Positions 51,295 to 59,066 of a DNA stretch of 64,000 nucleotides are shown here, piece after piece (position 1 is the stretch's first letter; each line of letters opens with the position of its first letter). This DNA is from Rhodospirillales bacterium RIFCSPLOWO2_02_FULL_58_16 (GTDB taxonomy: Bacteria; Pseudomonadota; Alphaproteobacteria; Rhodospirillales; 2-02-FULL-58-16). A program made the translations under genes and the position numbers. The stretch spans positions 16,675 through 80,674 of the forward strand of contig MIAA01000026.1 of the NCBI GenBank assembly GCA_001830425.1, given 5' to 3'. The notes below the pieces were generated by a model. That model had not been told where the DNA came from, ran no database searches, and saw only the letters and a program-made list of their open reading frames with translations.

Positions 51295-51477
51295 TTACAT
51301 TTTCCCGGCCCTTTCCGCCTTCCCGGCCCAAAAGGCCAGGAGCATAAACAGAGCCGCGCCCGAACCCCAGGCCAACGCGCCGCCCGGCATATTCAGCATG
51401 GGAACCAGGGCATAGGCCAGAGCCAATAACAGCCAGACGACCGCTACCAGCACCAACAGCTTGATATCGTTACTCAT
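51295..51477 (-). CDS. small 2-TM membrane protein (accessory subunit of either the oxidase-like complex or the symporter)
   Basis: 60 aa with two hydrophobic helices. GAGGAGG lies 7 nt upstream of the ATG, and only 13 nt separate it from the stop of the oxidase-like gene. Confidence 0.5.
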   Translation of the reverse strand: MSNDIKLLVLVAVVWLLLALAYALVPMLNMPGGALAWGSGAALFMLLAFWAGKAERAGKM

Positions 51478-51490
51478 ACCTTGGTCCTCC

Positions 51491-53158
51491 TCAATGACCG
51501 GCGGCGCCGCCGGCGATCACCGGCAGCGACGTCATCAGCGTAAACGCCGCCCAGGTGGCGGCTCCCATCAGGAAAAGAAGAAACGCCACCGAGGTCGAGC
51601 CGCCCCATGCCGCTTGCCGGAGCGCCAGAGGCTCAGGCGCCGGAGCAAGCGCCGTTTTCGCCCTTATGGCTTTGCGGCCCAGGCCCACAAGCGGCAGCGC
51701 CGCCCCGAGAGTCAGAAGCACAAGGCCGACGGCCATTACCGCCGCTCCCGCGCCGATGATCTGGGACAGCATCGTCCAGGCAACGGGCGCGGCGCCTTCA
51801 TAGCCGGCATCGAGCACCCGCCTGGGCATACCCTGCGCCCCCGCCGCCGCGCCGGCGAGTCCGAACAGCAGCAGGCCCGCCGTGATCAGCCAGGGCAGGC
51901 GGGAAAGCAACTTCGGCGCCGGGGCGTTCTGACCCGTCAGATGCGGAAGCAGGCGCAGCATGACCGCCAGCAGCGTCATCGTCACCACCCCCAGAGTAAT
52001 AAAGTGGAAAGCGCCGGGGACGAAGAAGGTGTCCGACAGCAGGCCGGCCAGTTTCTCCTGGATCAGGACGAAGGCCAGAATGCCGCCCAGGGCGAGGTTC
52101 ACCACCGCCGCTCCCAGCGCGTTCGTGGCCGGATCGCTCCAGTCGAGGCTGCGTATCCAGCCGAACCATCCTTTTGCTCCCTTGGCCCGCGCATGCGCCT
52201 CCAGCGATGCCGTCGTCACCAGAAAGGCGGCGATGGTGGGAACGCCTATGAACAGCGACAGGAGCGATCCCAGCACCAGCACCAGAGGATCAAGACCCGG
52301 CTCCAGGAACATGTGATAGAGCGAGGTCGGCGGCACGAAGACCAGATAGAGCGTGAAGACGATCTTCGAGAAATTGCTGCCGAACACCGAACGCGCCCCC
52401 GAAATCTCGGGCAACAGCAGGGTCCAGGCGAGCATGGCGCCCAGCAGCGGCAGATAGTGCATGTTGTGAAACAGCACATGCCACAGCGTGACATGATCGG
52501 CGGGGAACTCTTCCCATCCCGCCGCCCACAGCGCCGCCGGCAGAAAGGCGTTGGCGAGCGTTGCCGCGCTTACCAGCACCAGTCCGCCCCAGAGTACGGC
52601 TCCGAACCCCGGACCCGACCACTCCCCGCCCCGGCTTCGTTTCGCCGCCATCAGGGTGGCGATGGCGGGCATGGTCAGCGCCGCCAGTCCGAGCGCCTGC
52701 ACCAGATAACCGAGATAGAAGAGAAAGGCGCCCAAGCGTTCCTCGCCCGCCAATTCCGGGGAGCCGTCATAAAGCAGCGGCGTTCCCGACAGCGTTCCCG
52801 TCGCCTGAAGGGCAAAGGCGATCAGCATCAAAGCCCCCCCGGCCCAGCCCAGTCCGTTAAGCGCCAGCGGCGCCCGGCGTTCTTTGGCCGCCAGCACCAG
52901 AAGCAGCGCTCCCTGCGCCAGCGACAGCCAGTGAAAGAACACCGCCACCCCGTGCATGGTCAGCACCCGATAGCCGGTTTCGGGGAGTTCGGGCCGGGCA
53001 ATGCCGTTGCGCGCCATGGCTGCCCATAGTCCCATGAACAGGCCTAAAAACAAGGCGGCCAGAGACAGCGTGAACAGGGCACGGATCAAATGCCGGTCAC
53101 GCGGGGCGATCGCTTCCATCGCCTCGCCGAGGGAGATGTCTTGATGTTTGATTGTCAT
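51491..53158 (-). CDS. heme-copper oxidase subunit I-like protein, divergent
   Basis: 555-aa polytopic protein starting at ATG 53158 (GGGAGG upstream). It has LTMHG (helix II), FHNMHY (His-x3-Tyr), SLYHMF and GAFHF motifs at ba3-like positions. Confidence 0.7.
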   Translation of the reverse strand: MTIKHQDISLGEAMEAIAPRDRHLIRALFTLSLAALFLGLFMGLWAAMARNGIARPELPETGYRVLTMHGVAVFFHWLSLAQGALLLVLAAKERRAPLALNGLGWAGGALMLIAFALQATGTLSGTPLLYDGSPELAGEERLGAFLFYLGYLVQALGLAALTMPAIATLMAAKRSRGGEWSGPGFGAVLWGGLVLVSAATLANAFLPAALWAAGWEEFPADHVTLWHVLFHNMHYLPLLGAMLAWTLLLPEISGARSVFGSNFSKIVFTLYLVFVPPTSLYHMFLEPGLDPLVLVLGSLLSLFIGVPTIAAFLVTTASLEAHARAKGAKGWFGWIRSLDWSDPATNALGAAVVNLALGGILAFVLIQEKLAGLLSDTFFVPGAFHFITLGVVTMTLLAVMLRLLPHLTGQNAPAPKLLSRLPWLITAGLLLFGLAGAAAGAQGMPRRVLDAGYEGAAPVAWTMLSQIIGAGAAVMAVGLVLLTLGAALPLVGLGRKAIRAKTALAPAPEPLALRQAAWGGSTSVAFLLFLMGAATWAAFTLMTSLPVIAGGAAGH

Positions 53159-53169
53159 TGTCGCCTCCC

Positions 53170-53889
53170 TCAAACCACGTCGATGCGGGCGGTCATGGTG
53201 CGGTCGTGGTAAGCGCCGCAATAGACCGTGCAATAGACAAGATGCGAACCTCTTTCGGTGAAGGTTATGTCGCGCTCCGCCACTGCGCCCGGACGCAGAC
53301 GGTTGATCAGACTGCCTTTTCCTACTTGAATCGAGGCGCCGTGGCTGACGTCGAGCGCCATCATGCTGAAACGGTAGCTTTTCCCCATTTCCAGCTTCAG
53401 CCACGCGGGATCGAATCCCCATTGATAGGCCATCAGGTAGACCTTGGCCCCGTCATCGGCCTCAGCGACCGCGCCGTGCATATCGTGCGTCGTCTGGCCT
53501 TGCGGCATGGAAGGCATGTTATGCGTTGCCGACATGCCGTGTCCGGCGTGGGGGTCGAGGACGGCTGGTTCGGGTGAAAAGCCGGGGAACACGCTGCCGT
53601 CCGCCTGTTTCCAGCGTTCGGCATGGGTCTTTACAAGTCGGCGGAATTCGTCAGGCGTCGGTCCCTGGACCGGCGCCCCGTGGCCGCCATGACCGTTCAT
53701 GGCTTCCGGTTGGGCTTCCGGTTGGGGCGCCCCGTGGCCGCCATGCTCATCCGGATTCGTTTTTGTTTTGCTTTTCGTCGCTCCCAGGGCCGTCCAGACG
53801 CCGTAAAGGCCCAGTATTCCAAGGCTTGCCGCCACTACGAAGCCCCGTCGCGTGGACAGGTTTCGGGCGTGATCATGCTCACGTGTCAT
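53170..53889 (-). CDS. cupredoxin (oxidase subunit II-like) protein with His/Met-rich region
   Basis: It has a Tat-like N-terminus (STRRGFVVAASLGILG), two HGGHGAP repeats and the stretch HAGHGMSATHNMPSMPQGQTTHDMHG. The C-terminus reads DVSHG...YCTVYCGAYHDRTM, a CuA-like motif. Confidence 0.7.
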   Translation of the reverse strand: MTREHDHARNLSTRRGFVVAASLGILGLYGVWTALGATKSKTKTNPDEHGGHGAPQPEAQPEAMNGHGGHGAPVQGPTPDEFRRLVKTHAERWKQADGSVFPGFSPEPAVLDPHAGHGMSATHNMPSMPQGQTTHDMHGAVAEADDGAKVYLMAYQWGFDPAWLKLEMGKSYRFSMMALDVSHGASIQVGKGSLINRLRPGAVAERDITFTERGSHLVYCTVYCGAYHDRTMTARIDVV

Positions 53890-53962
53890 CGCTTTTGCTC
53901 CAATATCGTCGTTGATGAATAAGACTCCCCGGGACGAATAGGCCTCCCGAGGGGTAAGGAAT

Positions 53963-54319
53963 TCAGACGATGATTCGGGGCGGAGCGGGATCGGGGATAA
54001 GGGTGCGGCCCGAAAGCGGGCGGGACTCGCCCGGCATAAGGCGCAGCGGGGGGTGAGTCTTGACGCTCGCCGCCGGCGTCGCCCCGTCCGGTAATGGAGC
54101 GGGGCAACAGACCAGGGCGTAGCCGGATGACGAAATTGTCCCGTCGGGGGCCTGAGTGTTCAGGGGGGCGTGCTGTTCATGATGCCGGTCAACGGGAATG
54201 ATATCAGCCGCGCCGCTCAAGTGGCGGGCATGCGCGCTCCCCGCTCCGGCCAGGGCGGCGATTACCAACATCGCCGTCAAGGCGTATGCGCACCGGCGAA
54301 GACTTAATCGAAACACCAT
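53963..54319 (-). CDS. secreted hypothetical protein
   Basis: 118 aa with a signal peptide (AMLVIAALAGAGSAHA), first gene of the minus-strand cluster. Confidence 0.45.
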   Translation of the reverse strand: MVFRLSLRRCAYALTAMLVIAALAGAGSAHARHLSGAADIIPVDRHHEQHAPLNTQAPDGTISSSGYALVCCPAPLPDGATPAASVKTHPPLRLMPGESRPLSGRTLIPDPAPPRIIV

Positions 54320-54439
54320 GGCCGGAACCTTAGTCGGAGCGGACGAGGCCTGTCAATTGCTCATAGATTGATTGTCCCGTAATTCTGTCGCAATTTTTTA
54401 CATTTCCGGGTATGATTCGGCTTACGCGACGATGATTGA

Positions 54440-54691
54440 ATGGTCTTTAAGATATGGAGGCCCGGCGTGGTCGGTTGCTCTCATGACGCTCCTTTCTGGC
54501 GTTCCAGGACCGGCGTCGCTCTGCTGGCGTTCCTCGCTTTTGCCGGCGTATTGCTGGTTTTTGAGCACTGGGCGCATCTGGCGGGAGCGTTGCCGCTGTT
54601 GTTGCCGTTGTTGATTTGCATCGGCATGCATTTCTTCATGCATGGCGGTCACGGCCACGGCGGCCACGGCTCTGCCGACAAGAAGGAGTGA
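54440..54691 (+). CDS. DUF2933-like small membrane protein with His-rich tail
   Basis: It has two TM helices and a C-terminal CIGMHFFMHGGHGHGGHGS. The alternative start GTG 54468 has GGAGG 6 nt upstream. Confidence 0.6.
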   Translation: MVFKIWRPGVVGCSHDAPFWRSRTGVALLAFLAFAGVLLVFEHWAHLAGALPLLLPLLICIGMHFFMHGGHGHGGHGSADKKE

Positions 54692-54696
54692 CGGCG

Positions 54697-55338
54697 ATGA
54701 CCGACGCCGCTCCCGCCTACGGTTTGTGGCTGCTCGTTATCGTTAACTCGGCTGTGTTCATTCTGTTCGCCGCCAGCTTCAGCCGCCCGAAGGATGTCCG
54801 CGACTGGCGTTCGCTCGGCGCCTTTTCAGCCTTCGTGGTGGCCCTCTTCGCCGAGATGTACGGTTTTCCGCTGACTATATACCTGCTGTCGGGTTGGCTG
54901 GGCGACCGTTATCCGGCGCTCGATCCCTTCGGCCATGACGCCGGCCATTTGTGGTCAACCCTGTTCGGGCTTGAGGGTGACCCTCACTTCAGCCCGCTGC
55001 ACATCCTCAGCAACCTGCTTATCGTCGCCGGATTCATCATCATTGCCAGGGCGTGGCATGTGCTGCATGCCGCCCAAGCCGGGGGTGAGCCGGCGGTCAC
55101 AGGCCCTTACGCCGTGATCCGTCATCCCCAGTATATGGGGTTCATCGCCGTGCTGCTGGGCTTCCTGTTGCAATGGCCGACCCTGCTGACGCTGCTGATG
55201 TTCCCTGTGCTGGTCGTCATGTATGTCCGTCTGGCAAGAACCGAGGAGCGCGAAGCCCGAGACCGCTTCCCCGTGCGTTACGCCGATTACGTCGCTCAAG
55301 TCCCCGCCTTCATCCCCCATATCGGGGGAATGAAATGA
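54697..55338 (+). CDS. isoprenylcysteine carboxyl methyltransferase (ICMT/PEMT) family membrane protein
   Basis: The motif GPYAVIRHPQYMGFIAVLLGFLLQWPT...EEREARDRF is present. I chose ATG 54697 as the start. Confidence 0.75.
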   Translation: MTDAAPAYGLWLLVIVNSAVFILFAASFSRPKDVRDWRSLGAFSAFVVALFAEMYGFPLTIYLLSGWLGDRYPALDPFGHDAGHLWSTLFGLEGDPHFSPLHILSNLLIVAGFIIIARAWHVLHAAQAGGEPAVTGPYAVIRHPQYMGFIAVLLGFLLQWPTLLTLLMFPVLVVMYVRLARTEEREARDRFPVRYADYVAQVPAFIPHIGGMK

Positions 55339-55374
55339 TGCCTTCGCCTGCAACCATTTATCAAGGAGTTTCCC

Positions 55375-56460
55375 ATGCCTGTGGACCCGGTTTGCAAGAT
55401 GCAAGTGACTCCGGCGGCGGCGGCGGCCGGCATTGAGTTCGAGGGAGAGCAGATTTATTTCTGCTCCTTGGGCTGTCGTGACCGTTTTCTGGCCGATCCG
55501 GCCTACTTTCGTGCGGCCGGCGGCGCATCCGGCCTGAAATCCGAGGGACATTCGTGTTGCGACAAGCGGATATCGGCGTCCGGGCAATTCACATGGATGT
55601 CGTTCGGGGCGGCGGCGGGCGTCGGTTTATCGGGAACAGCCGCGCTGCTGATCCTTTATTTCGGTCTGTTGACCCTGGTCTCGGGATGGTCGTTCACCCT
55701 TGACCAGTTCCGCGATTTTGGGCCGTTCATCGTCGCGCTTGCGGTGGGGTTCGGCATCCAGGTAGGTCTGTACGTCTATCTTCGCCGCGCCCTGCATGCC
55801 GCCCATTCGGGGAAAGTGGTTGCCGTCACCGGCGCCACCTCCGGCGCGGCCATGGTGTCTTGCTGTACGCACTATCTGGTCAATCTGCTGCCGGCGCTCG
55901 GCGCCGCCGGGCTGGTTTCGCTGGTCAGTCAGTACCAGATCGAACTGTTCTGGTTCGGTCTGGCCGCCAATCTTGCCGGAATTGTCTATATTGCACGCCA
56001 ACTGGCGGCTTTTATTCATGCCGACTTCGGCAATCCGCAGATGGCGGCGGGTTTGCTGCTGACGGCATTCATCGGCGCGGCATCCTTAAGCTTGCCCGCT
56101 TCCGTCATGGCGCAAAACGCGATGCTGACGCCCCTGGAGAATAGGGAAGGGCGGGTAACGGTCAAGGTAACGCCGCAGATGCTGTCCGCATCGGCGAAAC
56201 TTTGGCAGTTCCAAGTGGTCCTCGATACGCATTCAGTCGCATTGGATCAGGATATGTTGGCCGTCGCCGTGCTGGTTGACTCTGCCGGGGGCGAGCACAA
56301 GCCGGCGGCCTGGGATGGCGACCCGCCCGGCGGCCACCACCGCCAAGGGCTTCTGACATTCAAGCCGACGGCTCCCGTTCCCTCCACGGTGTTGCTGAAA
56401 ATTCGCACCGTGGGCGGCGTTGTCGAGCGCTCGTTCACATGGAAACTTGGTTCTCCTTAA
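55375..56460 (+). CDS. YHS/TRASH-domain membrane protein
   Basis: The N-terminus reads MPVDPVCKMQV...YFCSLGCRDRF, a YHS/TRASH metal-binding motif. Five or six TM helices and a soluble C-terminal domain follow. Confidence 0.7.
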   Translation: MPVDPVCKMQVTPAAAAAGIEFEGEQIYFCSLGCRDRFLADPAYFRAAGGASGLKSEGHSCCDKRISASGQFTWMSFGAAAGVGLSGTAALLILYFGLLTLVSGWSFTLDQFRDFGPFIVALAVGFGIQVGLYVYLRRALHAAHSGKVVAVTGATSGAAMVSCCTHYLVNLLPALGAAGLVSLVSQYQIELFWFGLAANLAGIVYIARQLAAFIHADFGNPQMAAGLLLTAFIGAASLSLPASVMAQNAMLTPLENREGRVTVKVTPQMLSASAKLWQFQVVLDTHSVALDQDMLAVAVLVDSAGGEHKPAAWDGDPPGGHHRQGLLTFKPTAPVPSTVLLKIRTVGGVVERSFTWKLGSP

Positions 56461-56462
56461 GC

Positions 56463-56491
56463 TTGACCGTAATGCGGCGAGAGGTTATTCA
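56463..56491 (+). promoter_or_regulatory. candidate sigma-70 promoter for the peptide/rSAM pair
   Basis: TTGACC (56463-56468), 17 nt, TATTCA (56486-56491), immediately after the YHS-gene stop. The -10 element is weak. Confidence 0.3.
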
Positions 56492-56542
56492 TTCAGGCGC
56501 GGAGACCTGACGGGGCAATTGAACGACCGGCAATCCGACGGT

Positions 56543-56586
56543 AAAGGGTTGCGGTGAGTCGTTACGGCTCACCGAGGCCCTTTTTT
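56543..56586 (+). terminator. terminator-like hairpin with T6 (ends the YHS operon and/or attenuates the peptide/rSAM leader)
   Basis: AAAGGG-ttgc-GGTGAG-tcgttacgg-CTCACC-gagg-CCCTTTTTT. The T-run ends 20 nt before the peptide ATG. Confidence 0.55.
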
Positions 56587-56606
56587 AATGTGCAGGGAGA
56601 AAACTG

Positions 56607-56759
56607 ATGACCAAAGCGAATAAAGCGACCGCCAACGGCAAAACCGACAAGTCCCCGAAAGATATTATCGCCTATCGCAAGAGCTGTGACGCCGAAGGCA
56701 CCGGCCTGTCTCATTACATCCTGATGGATAAAAAGCCGACCGCCGGCAAGTCTGAATGA
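56607..56759 (+). CDS. 50-aa putative RiPP precursor peptide (not in the supplied ORF track)
   Basis: ATG 56607 has GGGAGA 6 nt upstream. The product is MTKANKATANGKTDKSPKDIIAYRKSCDAEGTGLSHYILMDKKPTAGKSE. TGA 56757-56759 overlaps the ATG of the rSAM gene (ATGA). Confidence 0.6.
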   Translation: MTKANKATANGKTDKSPKDIIAYRKSCDAEGTGLSHYILMDKKPTAGKSE

Positions 56760-58165
56760 CTCAAGCCGATCTCGCCCCGCGTTCTGCGGAGGCGTCGCCG
56801 TCGGGCCGCTATTTCAACAGCGGCGCCGGTCCCGCCCTACAGTGCATCGACATCGGTCACGAGACCTATATCGGCGTCGTCGATCCGGACACGGCGTTCT
56901 GGTCATTAGTGCCCAAAGATCGGCTGGCCGAGACTCTGGCCGGCGGTCCGCTGCTTGACGAGTACCGTAAAAAATCAGCCGGTTTCGCCGATGAGATGGA
57001 GATGCTGCGCTTTAACCTGAAGCCGTCGGCGGTTTATTTTAATCCGACGGAGCGCTGCAATCTGGACTGCACCTACTGCTACATTCCCGGCGACATGCGC
57101 AAGCACGGTCGCCACATGACCGGCGACGAAGTGATGGCGGCCCTGGAAAAGCTCAAGGCCTACTTCAAGAAGACGGTGCCTGAAGGCCGCTTGCCCCAGG
57201 TTATCTTTCACGGGGCCGAGCCTATGCTCAACCGCGAGGCGGTTTTCGCCGGCATCGAGGCCTTCGCCGATACCTTTCGCTTCGGCGTGCAGACCAACGC
57301 CACCTTGCTGGACGGCGAGTCCATTGATTTCCTGACCGGCCACGGTTGCGGCATCGGCCTGTCGCTGGACGGTCACGAGGCATCCATCGCCGACAGGACG
57401 CGCTCGACCTGGGGCGGCGCCGGAACCTTCGACGCGGTGGTCAAGGCCATTGAACGCCTGCGCGGCTATGACGGCTTTAACGTCATCTGCACCATTACCC
57501 GGGAGAACGTCAAGAACCTGGTCAAGATGGTCGATTTCCTGCACGGCCACGAGGTTCCCGCCTGTATGCTGAACGTCATCCGCTGCACCTTGCCGAGGGC
57601 GCGGGGCATCAAGGCCGGGGACGCCGAAACGGCAGAACACTTCATCGCCGCCGTCGAGCGCAGCCATCAGCTTTACCGGCAAACCGGGCGCAAGATGATA
57701 GTCGCCAACTTCGCCAATATCCTGATCTCGATCATCGCCCCGACGGCGCGCCGCTTGATGTGCGACATCTCGCCCTGCGGCGGCGGACGCAGTTTCTTCG
57801 CCCTGGCCCCCGACGGCGGCATGTTCCCGTGCAGCGAGTTCATCGGCTTGCCCGCCTTCAACGGCGGCAACCTGTTCACCGATCCGGTTGAAAAAATCCT
57901 GGAAAGCCCGCAGTTCAAACATGTAACCGGGCGCAAGGTGGAAGATATATCGCCATGTAATCGCTGCGCCATCCGTCACTTTTGCGGCTCTCCGTGTCCC
58001 GCCGAAGCCCACGAAATGAACGGCGGCATGGATAAAATCGGCGCTTATTGCGAATTCTACGAAGAACAGGCCCGCTATGCCTTCCGCCTGATCGCCGACG
58101 GCAAGGAAAATGATTTTTTGTGGGAAGGCTGGGATAACGGCACGGAAACGGTGTTCGGACTTTAG
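56756..58165 (+). CDS. radical SAM / SPASM-domain peptide-modifying enzyme (putative RiPP maturase)
   Basis: The radical-SAM motif is CNLDCTYC (Cx3Cx2C). The SPASM signature is CGGGRSFFALAPDGGMFPC, then CNRCAIRHFCGSPC, then a final YC. An N-terminal extension of about 95 aa precedes the rSAM core. Confidence 0.85.
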   Translation: MTQADLAPRSAEASPSGRYFNSGAGPALQCIDIGHETYIGVVDPDTAFWSLVPKDRLAETLAGGPLLDEYRKKSAGFADEMEMLRFNLKPSAVYFNPTERCNLDCTYCYIPGDMRKHGRHMTGDEVMAALEKLKAYFKKTVPEGRLPQVIFHGAEPMLNREAVFAGIEAFADTFRFGVQTNATLLDGESIDFLTGHGCGIGLSLDGHEASIADRTRSTWGGAGTFDAVVKAIERLRGYDGFNVICTITRENVKNLVKMVDFLHGHEVPACMLNVIRCTLPRARGIKAGDAETAEHFIAAVERSHQLYRQTGRKMIVANFANILISIIAPTARRLMCDISPCGGGRSFFALAPDGGMFPCSEFIGLPAFNGGNLFTDPVEKILESPQFKHVTGRKVEDISPCNRCAIRHFCGSPCPAEAHEMNGGMDKIGAYCEFYEEQARYAFRLIADGKENDFLWEGWDNGTETVFGL

Positions 58166-58434
58166 TCCGCTTCGTCCGGCGTTAATGTCTTCATGGCCAG
58201 GGCGTGAAGTCCGGCGGCGAACTCATCAGCGAGGGCGGCATAGACCATCCGCTGACGCTCGATGCGGGATTTTCCGGCGAAGGCTGAAGAAACGATCTTC
58301 AGGCTGAAATGACTCTCGCCGGCGGCCCTTGAGCCGGCATGTCCGGCATGACGGATTGAATCATCATTGACCTCGATGCTCAACGGCGACAAGGCCTTAT
58401 CCAGTTTCTCCTTGATGGCGGCGGCAACGCTCAT
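58162..58434 (-). CDS. bolA: BolA family protein
   Basis: It reads MSVAAAIKEKLDKALSPLSIEVNDDSIRHAGHAGS...HALAMKTLTPDE. ATG 58434 is the start, and the 162-aa ORF is an upstream extension. Confidence 0.85.
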   Translation of the reverse strand: MSVAAAIKEKLDKALSPLSIEVNDDSIRHAGHAGSRAAGESHFSLKIVSSAFAGKSRIERQRMVYAALADEFAAGLHALAMKTLTPDEAD

Positions 58435-58491
58435 TGTATTCAATGCTCCTTCGGCTTGAAAAACGTCTCTTAACAGACCATAGTTGACGTC

Positions 58492-59064
58492 ATGGCGAAC
58501 AGTAAATCCAATTATAACATCAAGCGCGCCGAAACGCCGGATAACGAACCCTGCCGCTGCGCCTGGCCGGCTTGCCGGGAAGCGGGCGAGTTCCGGGCGC
58601 CGCGCTCCCGCGAGGAACTGAGAAGTTACCACTGGTTCTGCATGGAACATATCCGCGCCTACAACAAGTCATGGAACTACTACGACGGCATGACCGATGA
58701 AGAAGTCGAGGCCGATATTCGCAAAGACACCGTCGGTCGAAGGCCGACATGGCCGATGGGCGCCGCCAGGCTTATCTACGCTTTCGACCCACAGGCCGCG
58801 TTTAATGATTTCGGCTCCGGCGACGGATCAGGGAACAGGCGCGGCAAAACTCAAGAGGCGGATGCGCCGGAGAGAAAGGCGATGGCGGTTCTTGATCTGC
58901 TGCCGCCGATCACTCCCGGCGCAGTCAAGGCCCGCTACAAGCAACTGGTCAAGCGCCACCACCCCGACGCCAACGGCGGCGATAAGGCGTCCGAGGAAAA
59001 ATTCAAACAGATCAGCCAGGCCTACAAGACGGTCATGGCCCATCTTAGAGTGCATCAGGAATAA
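58492..59064 (+). CDS. J-domain (DnaJ-like) protein
   Basis: The C-terminal J domain reads [20 protein letters not shown]...[11 protein letters not shown], with the HPD motif. The N-terminus is Cys-rich (CRCAWPAC...WFCMEH). Confidence 0.85.
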   Translation: MANSKSNYNIKRAETPDNEPCRCAWPACREAGEFRAPRSREELRSYHWFCMEHIRAYNKSWNYYDGMTDEEVEADIRKDTVGRRPTWPMGAARLIYAFDPQAAFNDFGSGDGSGNRRGKTQEADAPERKAMAVLDLLPPITPGAVKARYKQLVKRHHPDANGGDKASEEKFKQISQAYKTVMAHLRVHQE

Positions 59065-59066
59065 TC

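Noticed and set aside
51461-53029. 522-aa plus-strand ORF rich in Arg/Gln/His
   Set aside because: It is a shadow ORF antisense to the membrane oxidase-like gene and has low-complexity basic composition. The same applies to other long antisense ORFs. These include 991-1656, 1239-2012, 13032-13784, 13830-14660, 23103-23885, 30707-32281, 33193-34065, 37509-38240, 37885-38886, 38940-39974, 45020-46105, 48027-49190, 56975-58012 and 60065-61081.
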